Shown: positions 36,560 to 46,894 of the stretch, one piece after another
Numbering within the stretch: the first letter of the stretch is position 1
Layout: each line of letters opens with the position of its first letter
Origin: an uncultured Christensenella sp.
Lineage (GTDB): Bacteria; Bacillota; Clostridia; Christensenellales; CAG-917
Assembly: GCA_910577815.1 (NCBI GenBank)
Contig: CAJTNO010000003.1
Span: forward strand, 1,586-65,585
Length of the DNA stretch: 64,000 nucleotides
Direction of reading: 5' to 3'
Notes under the pieces: model-generated
The model's input: only the letters and a program-made list of their open reading frames with translations
What the model was told of the DNA's origin: nothing
Databases searched by the model: none
Translations under genes and position numbers: made by a program

Positions 36560-36898
36560 ATGAACATTATCGACCAAATCGAACAAGAGGGTATGAAAAA
36601 GGATTTGCCCGCTATCGCAATCGGCGACCAGGTTAAGGTCAACGTCAAAGTTAAGGAAGGCGAGAAAGAGCGTATTCAGACCTACGAGGGCGTTGTTATC
36701 GCCAGAAAGAACGGCGGTATCCGCGAGACTATTGTAGTACGTCGCGTTACTTTCGGTATCGGCGTTGAAAGAACATTCCCGCTCCATTCGCCTAAAATCG
36801 ACAGCATTCAGGTTGTTCGTCACGGTAAGGTACGCCGCGCTAAGCTCTACTATTTGAGAAGCAGAACGGGTAAAGCGGCAAAACTCAAGGAAAACTAA
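36560..36898 (+). CDS. rplS: 50S ribosomal protein L19
   Basis: 112 aa. [32 protein letters not shown]...[12 protein letters not shown]. Confidence 0.95.
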   Translation: MNIIDQIEQEGMKKDLPAIAIGDQVKVNVKVKEGEKERIQTYEGVVIARKNGGIRETIVVRRVTFGIGVERTFPLHSPKIDSIQVVRHGKVRRAKLYYLRSRTGKAAKLKEN

Positions 36899-36926
36899 AA
36901 AGCTTTTGTTTTCAAAGGACTGTCAG

Positions 36927-39137
36927 ATGAAAAAAAGACTCATTATGATAAGTGCGTTGGTGCTGGCTCTCGTGCTGGCACTTTTCGCATTCACCGCGTG
37001 CAACAATGCGACAAGCGAGGTAGGTGAGGAGCTCGTTAAAAACGGCGGTTTTACCGATTTTAACGAGAAAGACAAGGTGTTTGAGGATTGGTCTACTTCT
37101 TCAAGCTCCGTCAAGTACGGCGTCGGTTATCTTTCCAATGAAGAATCCGAGCAGTATCTTTATATCGATAACACCTCCAAATCCTATTCGTATCTTTATC
37201 AGACCATAAGCGTTGACAGAAATCAATACTACAAGGTCAGTGTGGATATGAACGTAACGGGCGACCTGAGAAACGATTTCGGCGCCTATGTCGCGTTTTT
37301 GGAAAATACGGAATATAAATTCGTATATCACAACAAAAAGACGGAGGGCTTTGAAAGCTATACCTTCTACGTCCGTCCGAGAAATACGGATTATCTTACC
37401 GTTGCGCTTTGTATAGGTACCGAGCAGGACGGTTGCTCAGGTAAGGTTCTGTTTGACAACATATCTGTACAGAGAGTAGAGAAGGGCGATATTCCCGAGG
37501 GAGTTAACGTAGTTAATTTCCGTAAGGCAAAGGCTGTAGTTACTCAGTCCACCGTAAGCGGAATTTGCTTTGTTGTGCTGCTCACGCTTGCTACGGTTGC
37601 CATAATTATCGCGGCATACGTGATTATCAGACGTATATATGCCAAGCGCGACGCGTTTTCGGATTTCAGCAATGCGGTTGCTGCTTATAGCTCGTTTAAA
37701 AACAAGAATAAGACTGTCGCTTCCGTAAAGTGGTATCAGAACTTTATTTTCATAGCGGCGGCTATTGCTATAGGCACATTCCTTATAAGATTGATTTTAC
37801 TGCTTACGACGTTCGGAATGGGCAGCGAGATGCGCAATATAGTTATCGCTTCGAGATGGCTCGGTTCTAACGGAGTTCTCGGATTTTTCGAAACCTATCA
37901 GGCGGGCGGAATTACTGCATTTGACACGCTCAAGCTGAGCTCGAGCGCGCTTGGAGCTTCGACGCTTGCACCCGGCAGTCTGTATATTTTAACTATTGTC
38001 GGAGCAATGGGCATAAACCTCGATATTGCGTCGATGTCCATTCTTATCAGATTTATCAACGTGCTTGCCGATATGGCGGTTGTGCTTATGATTTATTTCT
38101 ACGGAAGAAAATACGTAGGAAATAAGCTTTCAACCGTATATGCCTCGCTGTACGCAATACTGCCTTTGGTATTTACTATGAGCGGCATTAACGGTACGTT
38201 TGACAGCTTGCTTGTGGCTATGCTGCTCGGCGCGGTTATATTGATGGTAGAAAAGAAATATCTGCCTACCTATCTTATGATGACGCTTGCGACGATATTG
38301 GACGTGCGCGCGCTTGCCATTGCGCCGATTGTTGTTGCATACTTCGTATTCAGATATATTAAGGATTCCGACGATATGCGTAAATTTACCGCAAATAGGG
38401 CAATGATTGTGTTCGGTCTTATCGGTTCGTTTGTGCTTGCGTACGTGCTTACTCTGCCTGTGGGAATTCACCAGATTGCGGCAGGAGACGCGTTCTTCAA
38501 CTTTAAGACTATTGCAAATCAGATTACAAAGACAACCTATTTCGTTAAGAATGCATTTAACCTCTACGGTATGGTTGCAATGAACGGAAAGGTTATAGTT
38601 CAGTCGGGCGTAAGCATACTCAACCTTGTATTCCTGCTTGTGCTCGAGGCTTATGTAATATCCCTGTACTTCAAAAACCGCAATAAGCAGGAACTTATTC
38701 TGCTGACCTCGTTTGCGCTTGCGGTAATTGCAGTATTTACTCTTAAGGTCGATTACACATATCTGTTCCTCTCGCTTGTATTTGCAATAATCTATACAAT
38801 GATAAGCGGCGACAGAAGAATGTACGGCATTATCGGCGGATATGCTACGCTCGGCTTCCTTGACATCGCGCAGCTGCTCAATCAGAGCAAGCTTATTCCC
38901 GGCGCAAATAATACGGCGATACTGAATTATGAAACCACCAACGTATTCTACATCTTCTTCTGTGTGGTAACCGTTCTGCTTACGGCTTACTATGTGTACG
39001 TGACTTATTCTATAACAAACAATTCCAAAATATCGGATATAAGAGCTATGAACGAGCCTGTACTCGTTACGCTCAAAAAGAGCATTAAATCGCTCGGAGC
39101 TAAGCTCAATGCAAAAAAGAATAAGGTGAACGAGTAA
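36927..39137 (+). CDS. Probable lipoprotein-anchored carbohydrate-binding (CBM4/9-like) domain fused to a large polytopic membrane domain (possible GT-C-type glycosyltransferase)
   Basis: ATG at 36927 gives MKKRLIMISALVLALVLALFAFTAC, a signal peptide with a lipobox-like FTAC. Residues ~30-190 look like a beta-sandwich CBM (NGGFTDF...W...YKVSVDM...LFDNISV). About 12 or more hydrophobic segments follow. Confidence 0.55.
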   Translation: MKKRLIMISALVLALVLALFAFTACNNATSEVGEELVKNGGFTDFNEKDKVFEDWSTSSSSVKYGVGYLSNEESEQYLYIDNTSKSYSYLYQTISVDRNQYYKVSVDMNVTGDLRNDFGAYVAFLENTEYKFVYHNKKTEGFESYTFYVRPRNTDYLTVALCIGTEQDGCSGKVLFDNISVQRVEKGDIPEGVNVVNFRKAKAVVTQSTVSGICFVVLLTLATVAIIIAAYVIIRRIYAKRDAFSDFSNAVAAYSSFKNKNKTVASVKWYQNFIFIAAAIAIGTFLIRLILLLTTFGMGSEMRNIVIASRWLGSNGVLGFFETYQAGGITAFDTLKLSSSALGASTLAPGSLYILTIVGAMGINLDIASMSILIRFINVLADMAVVLMIYFYGRKYVGNKLSTVYASLYAILPLVFTMSGINGTFDSLLVAMLLGAVILMVEKKYLPTYLMMTLATILDVRALAIAPIVVAYFVFRYIKDSDDMRKFTANRAMIVFGLIGSFVLAYVLTLPVGIHQIAAGDAFFNFKTIANQITKTTYFVKNAFNLYGMVAMNGKVIVQSGVSILNLVFLLVLEAYVISLYFKNRNKQELILLTSFALAVIAVFTLKVDYTYLFLSLVFAIIYTMISGDRRMYGIIGGYATLGFLDIAQLLNQSKLIPGANNTAILNYETTNVFYIFFCVVTVLLTAYYVYVTYSITNNSKISDIRAMNEPVLVTLKKSIKSLGAKLNAKKNKVNE

Positions 39138-39151
39138 TGTACTAAGATAAT

Positions 39152-39182
39152 AAAAGCACGCCGAGCGGCGTGCTTTTATTTT
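39152..39182. terminator. Bidirectional intrinsic terminator
   Basis: AAAAGCACGCC-GAGC-GGCGTGCTTTT, flanked by A-rich and T-rich tracts, between convergent genes. Confidence 0.8.
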
Positions 39183-39205
39183 ATAAGATTTTTAAAATAT
39201 GCTTA

Positions 39206-40018
39206 TTAGCAATCCTTTGGCAGCTTGGAGCATTTGAAGGGCATAAACGTACCGACGCATTGTTCGACGTATTCCGGATTTAAGTCTTCGAATATGATGT
39301 TATTAGCATATTTGCGGGCGTCCTCTATACATTGCTCACTGTTCACGGTCCAGGTGATAATAGGAAGCTTAGTCGCCCATTTCTTGAGCCATTTGTTTTC
39401 GCTCAGATTTGAAGCGCAGGCGCGGATGTCGTAGGCTATAAACTGAGGCTTTGTAGATTTAACCAACCAAAGCTTGCCCATCCAGCTCGACCAGAACCAT
39501 CTTGGATTTTTTGTGTCGGGTGAACACCAGGTGTAAAGTCCTCCTACAGGTAAATCGCAGTTCTTTCTTCCGTATTTCACTGCGCCGAAGTTGAACGATT
39601 GCAAGGCTATATTTCCCTTATAGTTTTTAAGAGCTTCGATTGTTGCCTTTATAATTGACTTGTCAAGAGGGTTTACGCCTTTGATTTCGCAAAGAATACC
39701 GACTCTGCCGTCTATGCAGGCGAGGAATTCCTCAAAGGTAGGAATAGTGTACTCGGTGCCTTTCAGCTTGTACGATTTTAGCTCTGCAAGAGTGCATTTT
39801 TTTACAAGCTTGTCTATGCCGCATACGCGCTTTAAGCTGTTGTCGTGAAATACCACAAGGCGATTGTCCTTGCTCAGATGTACGTCGATTTCGATATTAA
39901 AGTTGTGTTCGACTGCCTTTTCAAACGCAGGTATGCTGTTTTCGGGATATTCCGAGTTATGTAAGCCGCGGTGCGCTATAGGACGGTCAAAAAGCCATTG
40001 AAAATTCATAATTCCCAA
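39206..40018 (-). CDS. Glycerophosphodiester phosphodiesterase family protein
   Basis: 270 aa. IAHRGLHNSEYPENSIPAFEKAV...EIDVHLSKD is the GDPD catalytic signature. Confidence 0.85.
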   Translation of the reverse strand: MGIMNFQWLFDRPIAHRGLHNSEYPENSIPAFEKAVEHNFNIEIDVHLSKDNRLVVFHDNSLKRVCGIDKLVKKCTLAELKSYKLKGTEYTIPTFEEFLACIDGRVGILCEIKGVNPLDKSIIKATIEALKNYKGNIALQSFNFGAVKYGRKNCDLPVGGLYTWCSPDTKNPRWFWSSWMGKLWLVKSTKPQFIAYDIRACASNLSENKWLKKWATKLPIITWTVNSEQCIEDARKYANNIIFEDLNPEYVEQCVGTFMPFKCSKLPKDC

Positions 40019-40135
40019 CCCCCATAATTTTCGTCATTCTGTTGATAAAATTCTATTCTTACATTATAATAAAGTCAATAGTTTTTAAACTAAATTCCTG
40101 CGGATTTTATTCCGTACCCCGTTACGAGGTGTCTT

Positions 40136-41932
40136 TTGGACAAAAAACATATAAGAAACTTTTCTATAATAGCCCATATCGACCACGGCAAGAGTACGCT
40201 TGCCGACCGTTTGATTGAAAAGACGGGAACGGTCAGCGAGCGCGATATGGAAAGTCAGCTGCTTGACAATATGGATATCGAGCGCGAGCGCGGCATTACT
40301 ATCAAGCTTCAGACCTGTAGACTGTATCACAAGCATAACGGAGAGGAGTATGTATTAAATCTTATAGATACTCCCGGACACGTAGACTTTACCTATGAGG
40401 TTTCCCGTTCGCTTGCGGCTTGCGAGGGCGCTCTGTTGGTTGTGGACTCATCGCAGGGCGTAGAGGCTCAGACGTTGTCTAACGTATATCTTGCGCTTGA
40501 AAACAATCTGGAAATTCTTCCCGTAATAAATAAAATCGACCTTCCGTCAGCCGATATCGACGGAGTTAAGCTTGAAATAGAGGATATAATAGGACTCGAT
40601 ACCGACGGATGTCCCTTGGTATCCGCTAAAGCGGGAATCGGTGTGGACGATTTGCTCGGACAGATTGTCGATAAGCTTCCCGCGCCTCAAGGCGATGACG
40701 AAGCTCCGCTCAAGGCGCTTATATTCGACAGCTTCTATGATAATTATCGCGGCGCTATATCTATGGTTCGTATAATGGACGGTAGAGTTAAGGCGGGCGA
40801 TAAAATAAAAATGATGTCAACGGGTAAGGTTTTCGAGGTCGTGGAGGTAGGTTATTTTTCTCCGCATATGATACCTTGCTCGGTTTTGACGGCAGGAGAG
40901 GTCGGATATATAGCAGGCAGTATCAAAAACGTCAGCGATACGGCGGTAGGCGATACAATAACCAATGCGGACAATCCTGCTAAGGAGCCGCTACCCGGTT
41001 ATAAAAAAGCCACTCCTATGGTGTATACGGGAGTGTTTCCCGCGGACGGAGCGAGATACGACGATTTAAAGGAAGCGCTTTTGAAATTGCAGCTTAACGA
41101 CGCGTCGTTAAGCTTCGAGCCGGAGGTGTCAAGCGCGCTCGGCTTCGGCTTCAGATGCGGATTTTTGGGGCTGCTTCATATGGAGATTATAGAGGAAAGG
41201 CTGGAGAGGGAATTTGACCTCGACCTTATCACTACCGCTCCGAGCGTGTCTTATAACGTGTATAAAACCAATGGCGAAAAGCTTATAATCGATAATCCGA
41301 CCACGTTGCCCAATACGTCGGAGATAAACTACATCGAGGAGCCTATGGTTTGCGCAAAGCTGTTTACTCCTCCCGAATACGTCGGAGCTATTATGGAGCT
41401 TTGTCAGGGCAAAAGGGGCATATTTATAGATATGTCATACATCGACCCGACTCGCGTACAGCTAATATACCGTATGCCGTTAAACGAAATAGTGTACGAC
41501 TTCTTTGACAATCTCAAATCACGCACGCGCGGATATGCCTCTCTCGATTATGAGCCGGACGGGTATGACAGGAGCGAGCTTGTGCGCCTCGATATGATGA
41601 TAAACGGCGAGATATGCGATGCGCTTTCTATAATCGTACACAAAGACAACGCGTATTCGCGCGGTCGCGGCATTGCGGAAAAGCTTAAGGACGTAATCCC
41701 GAGGCAGCTGTTTGAGATACCCATACAGGCGACCGTAGGCGGAAAGATTATAGCCCGTGAAACCGTCAAGGCAATGCGTAAGGACGTGCTTGCAAAGTGT
41801 TACGGCGGCGATATAACGAGAAAGAAAAAGCTGCTCGAAAAGCAAAAAGAGGGCAAGAAGCGTATGCGCAAAGTCGGCTCCGTTGAGGTGCCGAGCGAGG
41901 CGTTTATATCTATACTCAAGATTGACGGCTGA
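40136..41932 (+). CDS. lepA: Translation elongation factor 4 (LepA)
   Basis: 598 aa with a TTG start. [29 protein letters not shown] and the LepA C-terminal domain. Confidence 0.95.
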   Translation: MDKKHIRNFSIIAHIDHGKSTLADRLIEKTGTVSERDMESQLLDNMDIERERGITIKLQTCRLYHKHNGEEYVLNLIDTPGHVDFTYEVSRSLAACEGALLVVDSSQGVEAQTLSNVYLALENNLEILPVINKIDLPSADIDGVKLEIEDIIGLDTDGCPLVSAKAGIGVDDLLGQIVDKLPAPQGDDEAPLKALIFDSFYDNYRGAISMVRIMDGRVKAGDKIKMMSTGKVFEVVEVGYFSPHMIPCSVLTAGEVGYIAGSIKNVSDTAVGDTITNADNPAKEPLPGYKKATPMVYTGVFPADGARYDDLKEALLKLQLNDASLSFEPEVSSALGFGFRCGFLGLLHMEIIEERLEREFDLDLITTAPSVSYNVYKTNGEKLIIDNPTTLPNTSEINYIEEPMVCAKLFTPPEYVGAIMELCQGKRGIFIDMSYIDPTRVQLIYRMPLNEIVYDFFDNLKSRTRGYASLDYEPDGYDRSELVRLDMMINGEICDALSIIVHKDNAYSRGRGIAEKLKDVIPRQLFEIPIQATVGGKIIARETVKAMRKDVLAKCYGGDITRKKKLLEKQKEGKKRMRKVGSVEVPSEAFISILKIDG

Positions 41933-41978
41933 TTGCAGACAGAATAATCGTAACTGTTATAAAAAAATCAGATAAACT

Positions 41979-43109
41979 ATGCAACTGTATATACATCTTC
42001 CGTTTTGTAAATCCAAATGTCAATACTGTGACTTCAATTCCTGTGCCAACATGGATGAAGGCACGGTTTTCAGCTATCTATCGGCACTAAATACCGAAAT
42101 AAAATTGGCGGCTGAGGTGTACGGCAAGGCTGATATCGACACTGTATATATAGGAGGCGGAACTCCCAGCCTGCTTGAGCCTAATAAAATTCAGCGCATT
42201 TGCCGCGTTCTCGCAAGCAACTTTGACTTGTCCGAAATACGTGAGTTTACTATAGAATGCAATCCGGAAAGTATAGATGAAAACAAGCTGTCCGTTTATA
42301 AAGCTTGCGGAATAGACAGAATTAGTATTGGTATTCAGAGCTTGTGCGACGCAAATCTCAAATCTATGGGGCGCTTGCACAATTCAAAAACAGCAATCGA
42401 AAAGCTTACGCTTGCAAGAAAGTATTACGATAACGTGTCCTGCGATATTATTGTTGGGTTACCTTATGATACAGTGGACATTGTTAAAAATGAAATAAAT
42501 ACATTGGCTCCGCTTGTACGGCATATATCCGTGTACGCGCTCACCGTAGAGGAGGGTACTCCGCTTGCCAAGAGAGTAGAGGACGGCAGAGTTTTGCTTC
42601 CCGACGAGGACGAGGTTGCGGATTTTCTTACTATTGCGGAGGACGAGCTAAATAAGCACGGCTTGAAGAAATACGAGATTTCCAATTTCTCTGTCGAGGG
42701 TAAAGAAAGCAGACATAATTTAGGATATTGGACGGATGCCGAATATATAGGTATCGGCGCGGGCGCGCACTCATATATTAAAACCAAGGACGGAACACAG
42801 CCGCTTAACGCGGGAATACGCTTTGCGCATCCGAAGGATATAAACGCTTATATTGCAGGTATTAACTGCGCAGGTTCGTTTGACAATATTCCAAGAGCGG
42901 AAATGAGCGTTTTAAGCGAGAAGGACATATTTAACGAAAGGATTATGCTCGGTTTGCGTACCGTTCGCGGAGTTGAAAGCGAGCTTTTAGCGGGAAGAAT
43001 TCCCGACGAGCTAAAGTGCTACTTTAAAGAGGAAAACGGGTATATTTCGCTGACAAAATCCGGTATGGCGGTTATGAACAGCATATTGGTGCGAATTATG
43101 CAGTTTTAA
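41979..43109 (+). CDS. hemW: Radical SAM family heme chaperone HemW (coproporphyrinogen-III-oxidase-like)
   Basis: 376 aa. LYIHLPFCKSKCQYCDF (CxxxCxxC), GGGTPS, and conserved lepA-hemW adjacency. Confidence 0.9.
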   Translation: MQLYIHLPFCKSKCQYCDFNSCANMDEGTVFSYLSALNTEIKLAAEVYGKADIDTVYIGGGTPSLLEPNKIQRICRVLASNFDLSEIREFTIECNPESIDENKLSVYKACGIDRISIGIQSLCDANLKSMGRLHNSKTAIEKLTLARKYYDNVSCDIIVGLPYDTVDIVKNEINTLAPLVRHISVYALTVEEGTPLAKRVEDGRVLLPDEDEVADFLTIAEDELNKHGLKKYEISNFSVEGKESRHNLGYWTDAEYIGIGAGAHSYIKTKDGTQPLNAGIRFAHPKDINAYIAGINCAGSFDNIPRAEMSVLSEKDIFNERIMLGLRTVRGVESELLAGRIPDELKCYFKEENGYISLTKSGMAVMNSILVRIMQF

Positions 43110-43203
43110 GGCTAATAATATAAAAACGGTTCAATAGTGTAAAATATGATTGCAATGCCCGAGTTTATTTGATATAATCAGTACATACTTTCGGAGGAAA
43201 CCA

Positions 43204-44352
43204 ATGACACCGGATTTTTCTGTTTTTGGGGAGACACCAAGCGCTCCTATTGCTCTTATAGCAACTCCCGGCGCGGAGGAGCTTGCAACGCTTATCGATA
43301 AACGACTTATCAAGCTTTTCAATGAATCGCATCTCGGTAAAAAGTTACAGAAGGATACTTTTCTTTTGAAAACCGACTGCCCGCGTTTTACAAACGGGGA
43401 CGCCAAGGGACTGATTTACGAGACCGTCAGGGGAAAGGATTTGTATTTTATCTGCGACCCCGGCAACCACGGCGTTAAGTATACGATGATGGGTATGGAA
43501 GTGCCTCTTACTCCGGACGAGCATTTTGCAAACCTCAAGCGTCTTATATGCGCCTGCACGGGCAAGGCTCAGCGTATGACCGTTATAATGCCTATGCTTT
43601 ACGGCGGCAGACAGCATCGCAGAAACGCAAGGGAATCTCTCGACTGCGCGATGATGCTGCAGGAGCTTGAGATGATGGGCGTAAACGATATCATAACCTT
43701 TGACGCGCACGACCCGAGAGTGCAGAACGCGGTTCCGAGGATGGGATTTGACAACTACTTCGCGCATTATCAGATATTGAAGTCGCTTGTCAGAAAATTC
43801 CCGGATATAAAGCTTAACAAAAACAATATTATGGTTATTTCTCCCGACGAGGGAGCGATGACGAGAAACGTTTTCTACGCCTCGGTGCTCGGTCTGGATT
43901 TGGGAATGTTCTATAAACGCCGCGATTATTCTACTATCGTCAACGGAAGAAATCCGATAGTCGCGCACGAATATATCGGAAGTCCCGTTCTTGGAATGGA
44001 CGTGTTTGTAGCCGACGATATGATAGCTACGGGTGATTCTATCTTAAAGCTGGCTAAGGAAATTAAGGAGAAGGGCGCGGAAAGAGTATTTCTGGCGGCT
44101 ACGTTCTCCCTGTTTACCGAGGGTGTGGATAAGTTCAATAAGGCGTACGAGGACGGCGTATTCGACGCGGTTCTGTCTACAAACCTGACCTATCGCATTC
44201 CCGAGCTTAAACAGTGTCCTTGGTTTGTGGAGGCGGATATATCCAAATATATATCCTTTATAATAGCCGCGGCAAATTTCAACGAGTCCGTTTCAAATTT
44301 GCTCGACCCGTCTCAGAAAATAAGAGAATTGATTGATAATTTCAATCAGTAA
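43204..44352 (+). CDS. prs: Ribose-phosphate pyrophosphokinase family protein (long form)
   Basis: ATG at 43204 (MTPDFSVF) with GGAGGA upstream. ITFDAHDPRVQN and the PRPP-binding loop VFVADDMIATGDS are present. At 382 aa it is longer than classical Prs (about 315 aa). Confidence 0.7.
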   Translation: MTPDFSVFGETPSAPIALIATPGAEELATLIDKRLIKLFNESHLGKKLQKDTFLLKTDCPRFTNGDAKGLIYETVRGKDLYFICDPGNHGVKYTMMGMEVPLTPDEHFANLKRLICACTGKAQRMTVIMPMLYGGRQHRRNARESLDCAMMLQELEMMGVNDIITFDAHDPRVQNAVPRMGFDNYFAHYQILKSLVRKFPDIKLNKNNIMVISPDEGAMTRNVFYASVLGLDLGMFYKRRDYSTIVNGRNPIVAHEYIGSPVLGMDVFVADDMIATGDSILKLAKEIKEKGAERVFLAATFSLFTEGVDKFNKAYEDGVFDAVLSTNLTYRIPELKQCPWFVEADISKYISFIIAAANFNESVSNLLDPSQKIRELIDNFNQ

Positions 44353-44373
44353 CCGATTATAAGGAGGATTACA

Positions 44374-45027
44374 GTGAAACTCACTTGGCTTGGTCACTCG
44401 TCGTTTAAGCTTGAAGAAAGCACGGGAACAGTTGTGGTGACCGACCCTTATCATTCAAACGTAGGCTTCGATATGCCTGCAGTAAAGGCTGATATTGTTA
44501 CTGTCAGCCATACTCACGCCGACCATAACAATATCGAAAACGTACAGTCCTCTCCCACAGTGCTTAACCGTGTGGGCGCTTATGAAATTTCCGGAGTTCA
44601 TATACTTGCGGGGCATACCTTCCACGACGACAAGAAGGGCGCGCTCCGTGGGGACAACATCGTTTTTAAATATCGTATGGATGGTGTGGATTTATGTCAT
44701 ATGGGCGATATCGGCGAGGAGTGTAACGCTTTTTTGGTGGAAACTCTTATGCCGGTCAACGTACTTATGATTCCTGTCGGAGGTAATTATACTATTGATG
44801 CTAAGCAGGCTAAGGAATACGTAGACCGTCTTATGCCGGATATTGTCATTCCTATGCATTATAAAACTAAGGATTGTGAATTCGATATAGATAAGGTCGG
44901 GGAATTTCTTGATTTATTCGATGACGAAAACGTAATCTATGCCGAAAGCGCAACCGTAGAATTTGATAGAGCCGACTTTGACGGAGAAGCTACCAAGGTT
45001 TTGGTTCTTGATAAATTCAATTTATAA
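44374..45027 (+). CDS. Metallo-beta-lactamase-fold hydrolase (UPF0173-like)
   Basis: 217 aa with a GTG start. KLTWLGHSSFKLE...VSHTHADH motif. Confidence 0.75.
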   Translation: MKLTWLGHSSFKLEESTGTVVVTDPYHSNVGFDMPAVKADIVTVSHTHADHNNIENVQSSPTVLNRVGAYEISGVHILAGHTFHDDKKGALRGDNIVFKYRMDGVDLCHMGDIGEECNAFLVETLMPVNVLMIPVGGNYTIDAKQAKEYVDRLMPDIVIPMHYKTKDCEFDIDKVGEFLDLFDDENVIYAESATVEFDRADFDGEATKVLVLDKFNL

Positions 45028-45159
45028 TTTTACCTTTTTTAAAGCTTGTCTGTCCGTTTTTCGGGCAGACGGGAAATTCACCCTTGACCTGCCGTTTAGG
45101 CAAATTTAAAAAATACCTGCAAGACTTTACTTAACTTATATCAACAAAAAGGAGTTATT

Positions 45160-46794
45160 ATGCGTAAATATACCAAGCAAGAGCTAGATAGAATGAGTAT
45201 TTTTGATGTTCGCCATATAGCGAAGGAAGTAGGCGTGTCCGCGCCCACAAAGCTCAATAAGGCGGAACTCGTAGATTTGATTTATAAAATTTCAAACGGA
45301 TTGATGCTGCCTCCCACTCCGCCGAAAGTCGGACGTCCGAAAAAATTTAACGGCACCGTCAATAATGTAAACGCCGAACAGACTGAGGATACTTTAAACA
45401 AGCCGGCTCAGCAGATGGGACAGTTTAAAACCGATATGAACTCTATGCGCAGACCTATAAATTACAGAAGGTCGTACGATTCAACTAAAATGCCCGAGCG
45501 CAGAGAGCCTCGCTACAGGAGCGACAACGGATACGACAGACTGCCCGTATCGGATGAGGCTTCCGAATATCAGGAGTTTACAGGCGCGCAGGCGTTCAGG
45601 GAGGATAAAGAATTTAACCGTGAAGGCTTTCTTGAAATCAATCCGGATAACTATGGCTTTTTGAGAGTGAAAAGCGGCGAGTGCTGCGAGCTTGACGCTT
45701 ATGTTAGCTCGTCTAAAATCAGACAGTACGGATTGCGCAAGGGTGATTATGTAGTAGCCGTATGCAGAAGGGGGCAGGATGAAAATAAGCCCGCTCCGGT
45801 TTATGACGTTATTTCAGTCAACGGGGATACTGTCGAGGCGGCGCGCAACCGTCCCAACTTCGATACGCTTACTCCCATATATCCGCAGGACCGCTTGCGC
45901 CTTGAGGTTTCAAATCAGCCGCGCGAGTATGCTATGCGCTGTATTGACCTTGTATCTCCCGTAGGTAAGGGACAGCGCGCAATTATCGTATCTCCTCCTA
46001 AAGCGGGTAAGACTACGCTTCTTAAAATGATTGCGGGTTCTATATCAAAAAACTATCCCGACGTAGAGCTTAAAGTTCTGCTCATTGACGAGCGTCCCGA
46101 GGAAGTTACCGATATGCAGCGCTCGATAAAGGGCGAAGTGGTATTTTCTACCTTTGACGAGCTTCCCGAGCATCATACCAAAACAGCCGAAATGTTGCTT
46201 GAAAGGTCTAAACGAATTGTCGAAAAGGGCAAGGACGTAGTGATTCTGTTAGACAGCCTTACCCGTCTTGCGCGTGCATATAATCTTACTATTCCGCCTA
46301 CCGGAAGAACTCTTTCCGGCGGTATCGACCCGGGAGCCTTGCACAGTCCTAAACGCTTTTTCGGCTCCGCAAGAAATCTCGAGCCTAATCCGGAAAAGAA
46401 TTATAAGGGCGGTTCGCTCACCATTATCGCAACCGCTTTGGTGGAAACCGGAAGCAGAATGGACGACGTTATCTTCGAAGAATTCAAGGGCACGGGCAAT
46501 ATGGAAATTCACCTTGACAGAAAGCTGTCGGAAAAGAGAATTTTCCCTGCCATAGACCTTGCAAAGAGCAGTACGCGTAAGGAAGAGCTTTTGCTTAGCT
46601 CGGGAGAACTCGAAGCGGCTTGGGGCATAAGAAAGATGCTTTCTGTCGCGGACAATGCCGACGCAACCGAAAACCTTATCAGTATGATAGTAAAAACGTC
46701 GTCTAATAAAGAGTTTATCGACCAACTCAATATGCAGCTCCGCATAGGACAGAAGGAGGGTTATACCTTCAGAAGTCTCAAGCGCAGCGAGTGA
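45160..46794 (+). CDS. rho: Transcription termination factor Rho with an N-terminal insertion domain
   Basis: 544 aa. Rho N-terminal helix bundle, CSD-like RNA-binding domain ([14 protein letters not shown]), Walker A PPKAGKTT, and Q and R loops. About 110 extra low-complexity residues follow residue ~47. Confidence 0.95.
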   Translation: MRKYTKQELDRMSIFDVRHIAKEVGVSAPTKLNKAELVDLIYKISNGLMLPPTPPKVGRPKKFNGTVNNVNAEQTEDTLNKPAQQMGQFKTDMNSMRRPINYRRSYDSTKMPERREPRYRSDNGYDRLPVSDEASEYQEFTGAQAFREDKEFNREGFLEINPDNYGFLRVKSGECCELDAYVSSSKIRQYGLRKGDYVVAVCRRGQDENKPAPVYDVISVNGDTVEAARNRPNFDTLTPIYPQDRLRLEVSNQPREYAMRCIDLVSPVGKGQRAIIVSPPKAGKTTLLKMIAGSISKNYPDVELKVLLIDERPEEVTDMQRSIKGEVVFSTFDELPEHHTKTAEMLLERSKRIVEKGKDVVILLDSLTRLARAYNLTIPPTGRTLSGGIDPGALHSPKRFFGSARNLEPNPEKNYKGGSLTIIATALVETGSRMDDVIFEEFKGTGNMEIHLDRKLSEKRIFPAIDLAKSSTRKEELLLSSGELEAAWGIRKMLSVADNADATENLISMIVKTSSNKEFIDQLNMQLRIGQKEGYTFRSLKRSE

Positions 46795-46859
46795 TTCGGG
46801 ACTTAATCGCATATACAGTAAAAATTTACAAAATTAGACAAAATAATAGTCATAACCGC

Positions 46860-46888
46860 TTGTCAAAACTGTCGCGTTAAGATATAAT
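46860..46888 (+). promoter_or_regulatory. Near-consensus sigma-A promoter downstream of rho
   Basis: TTGTCA (46860-46865), 17-nt spacer, TATAAT (46883-46888). Confidence 0.6.
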
Positions 46889-46894
46889 TTTGTC

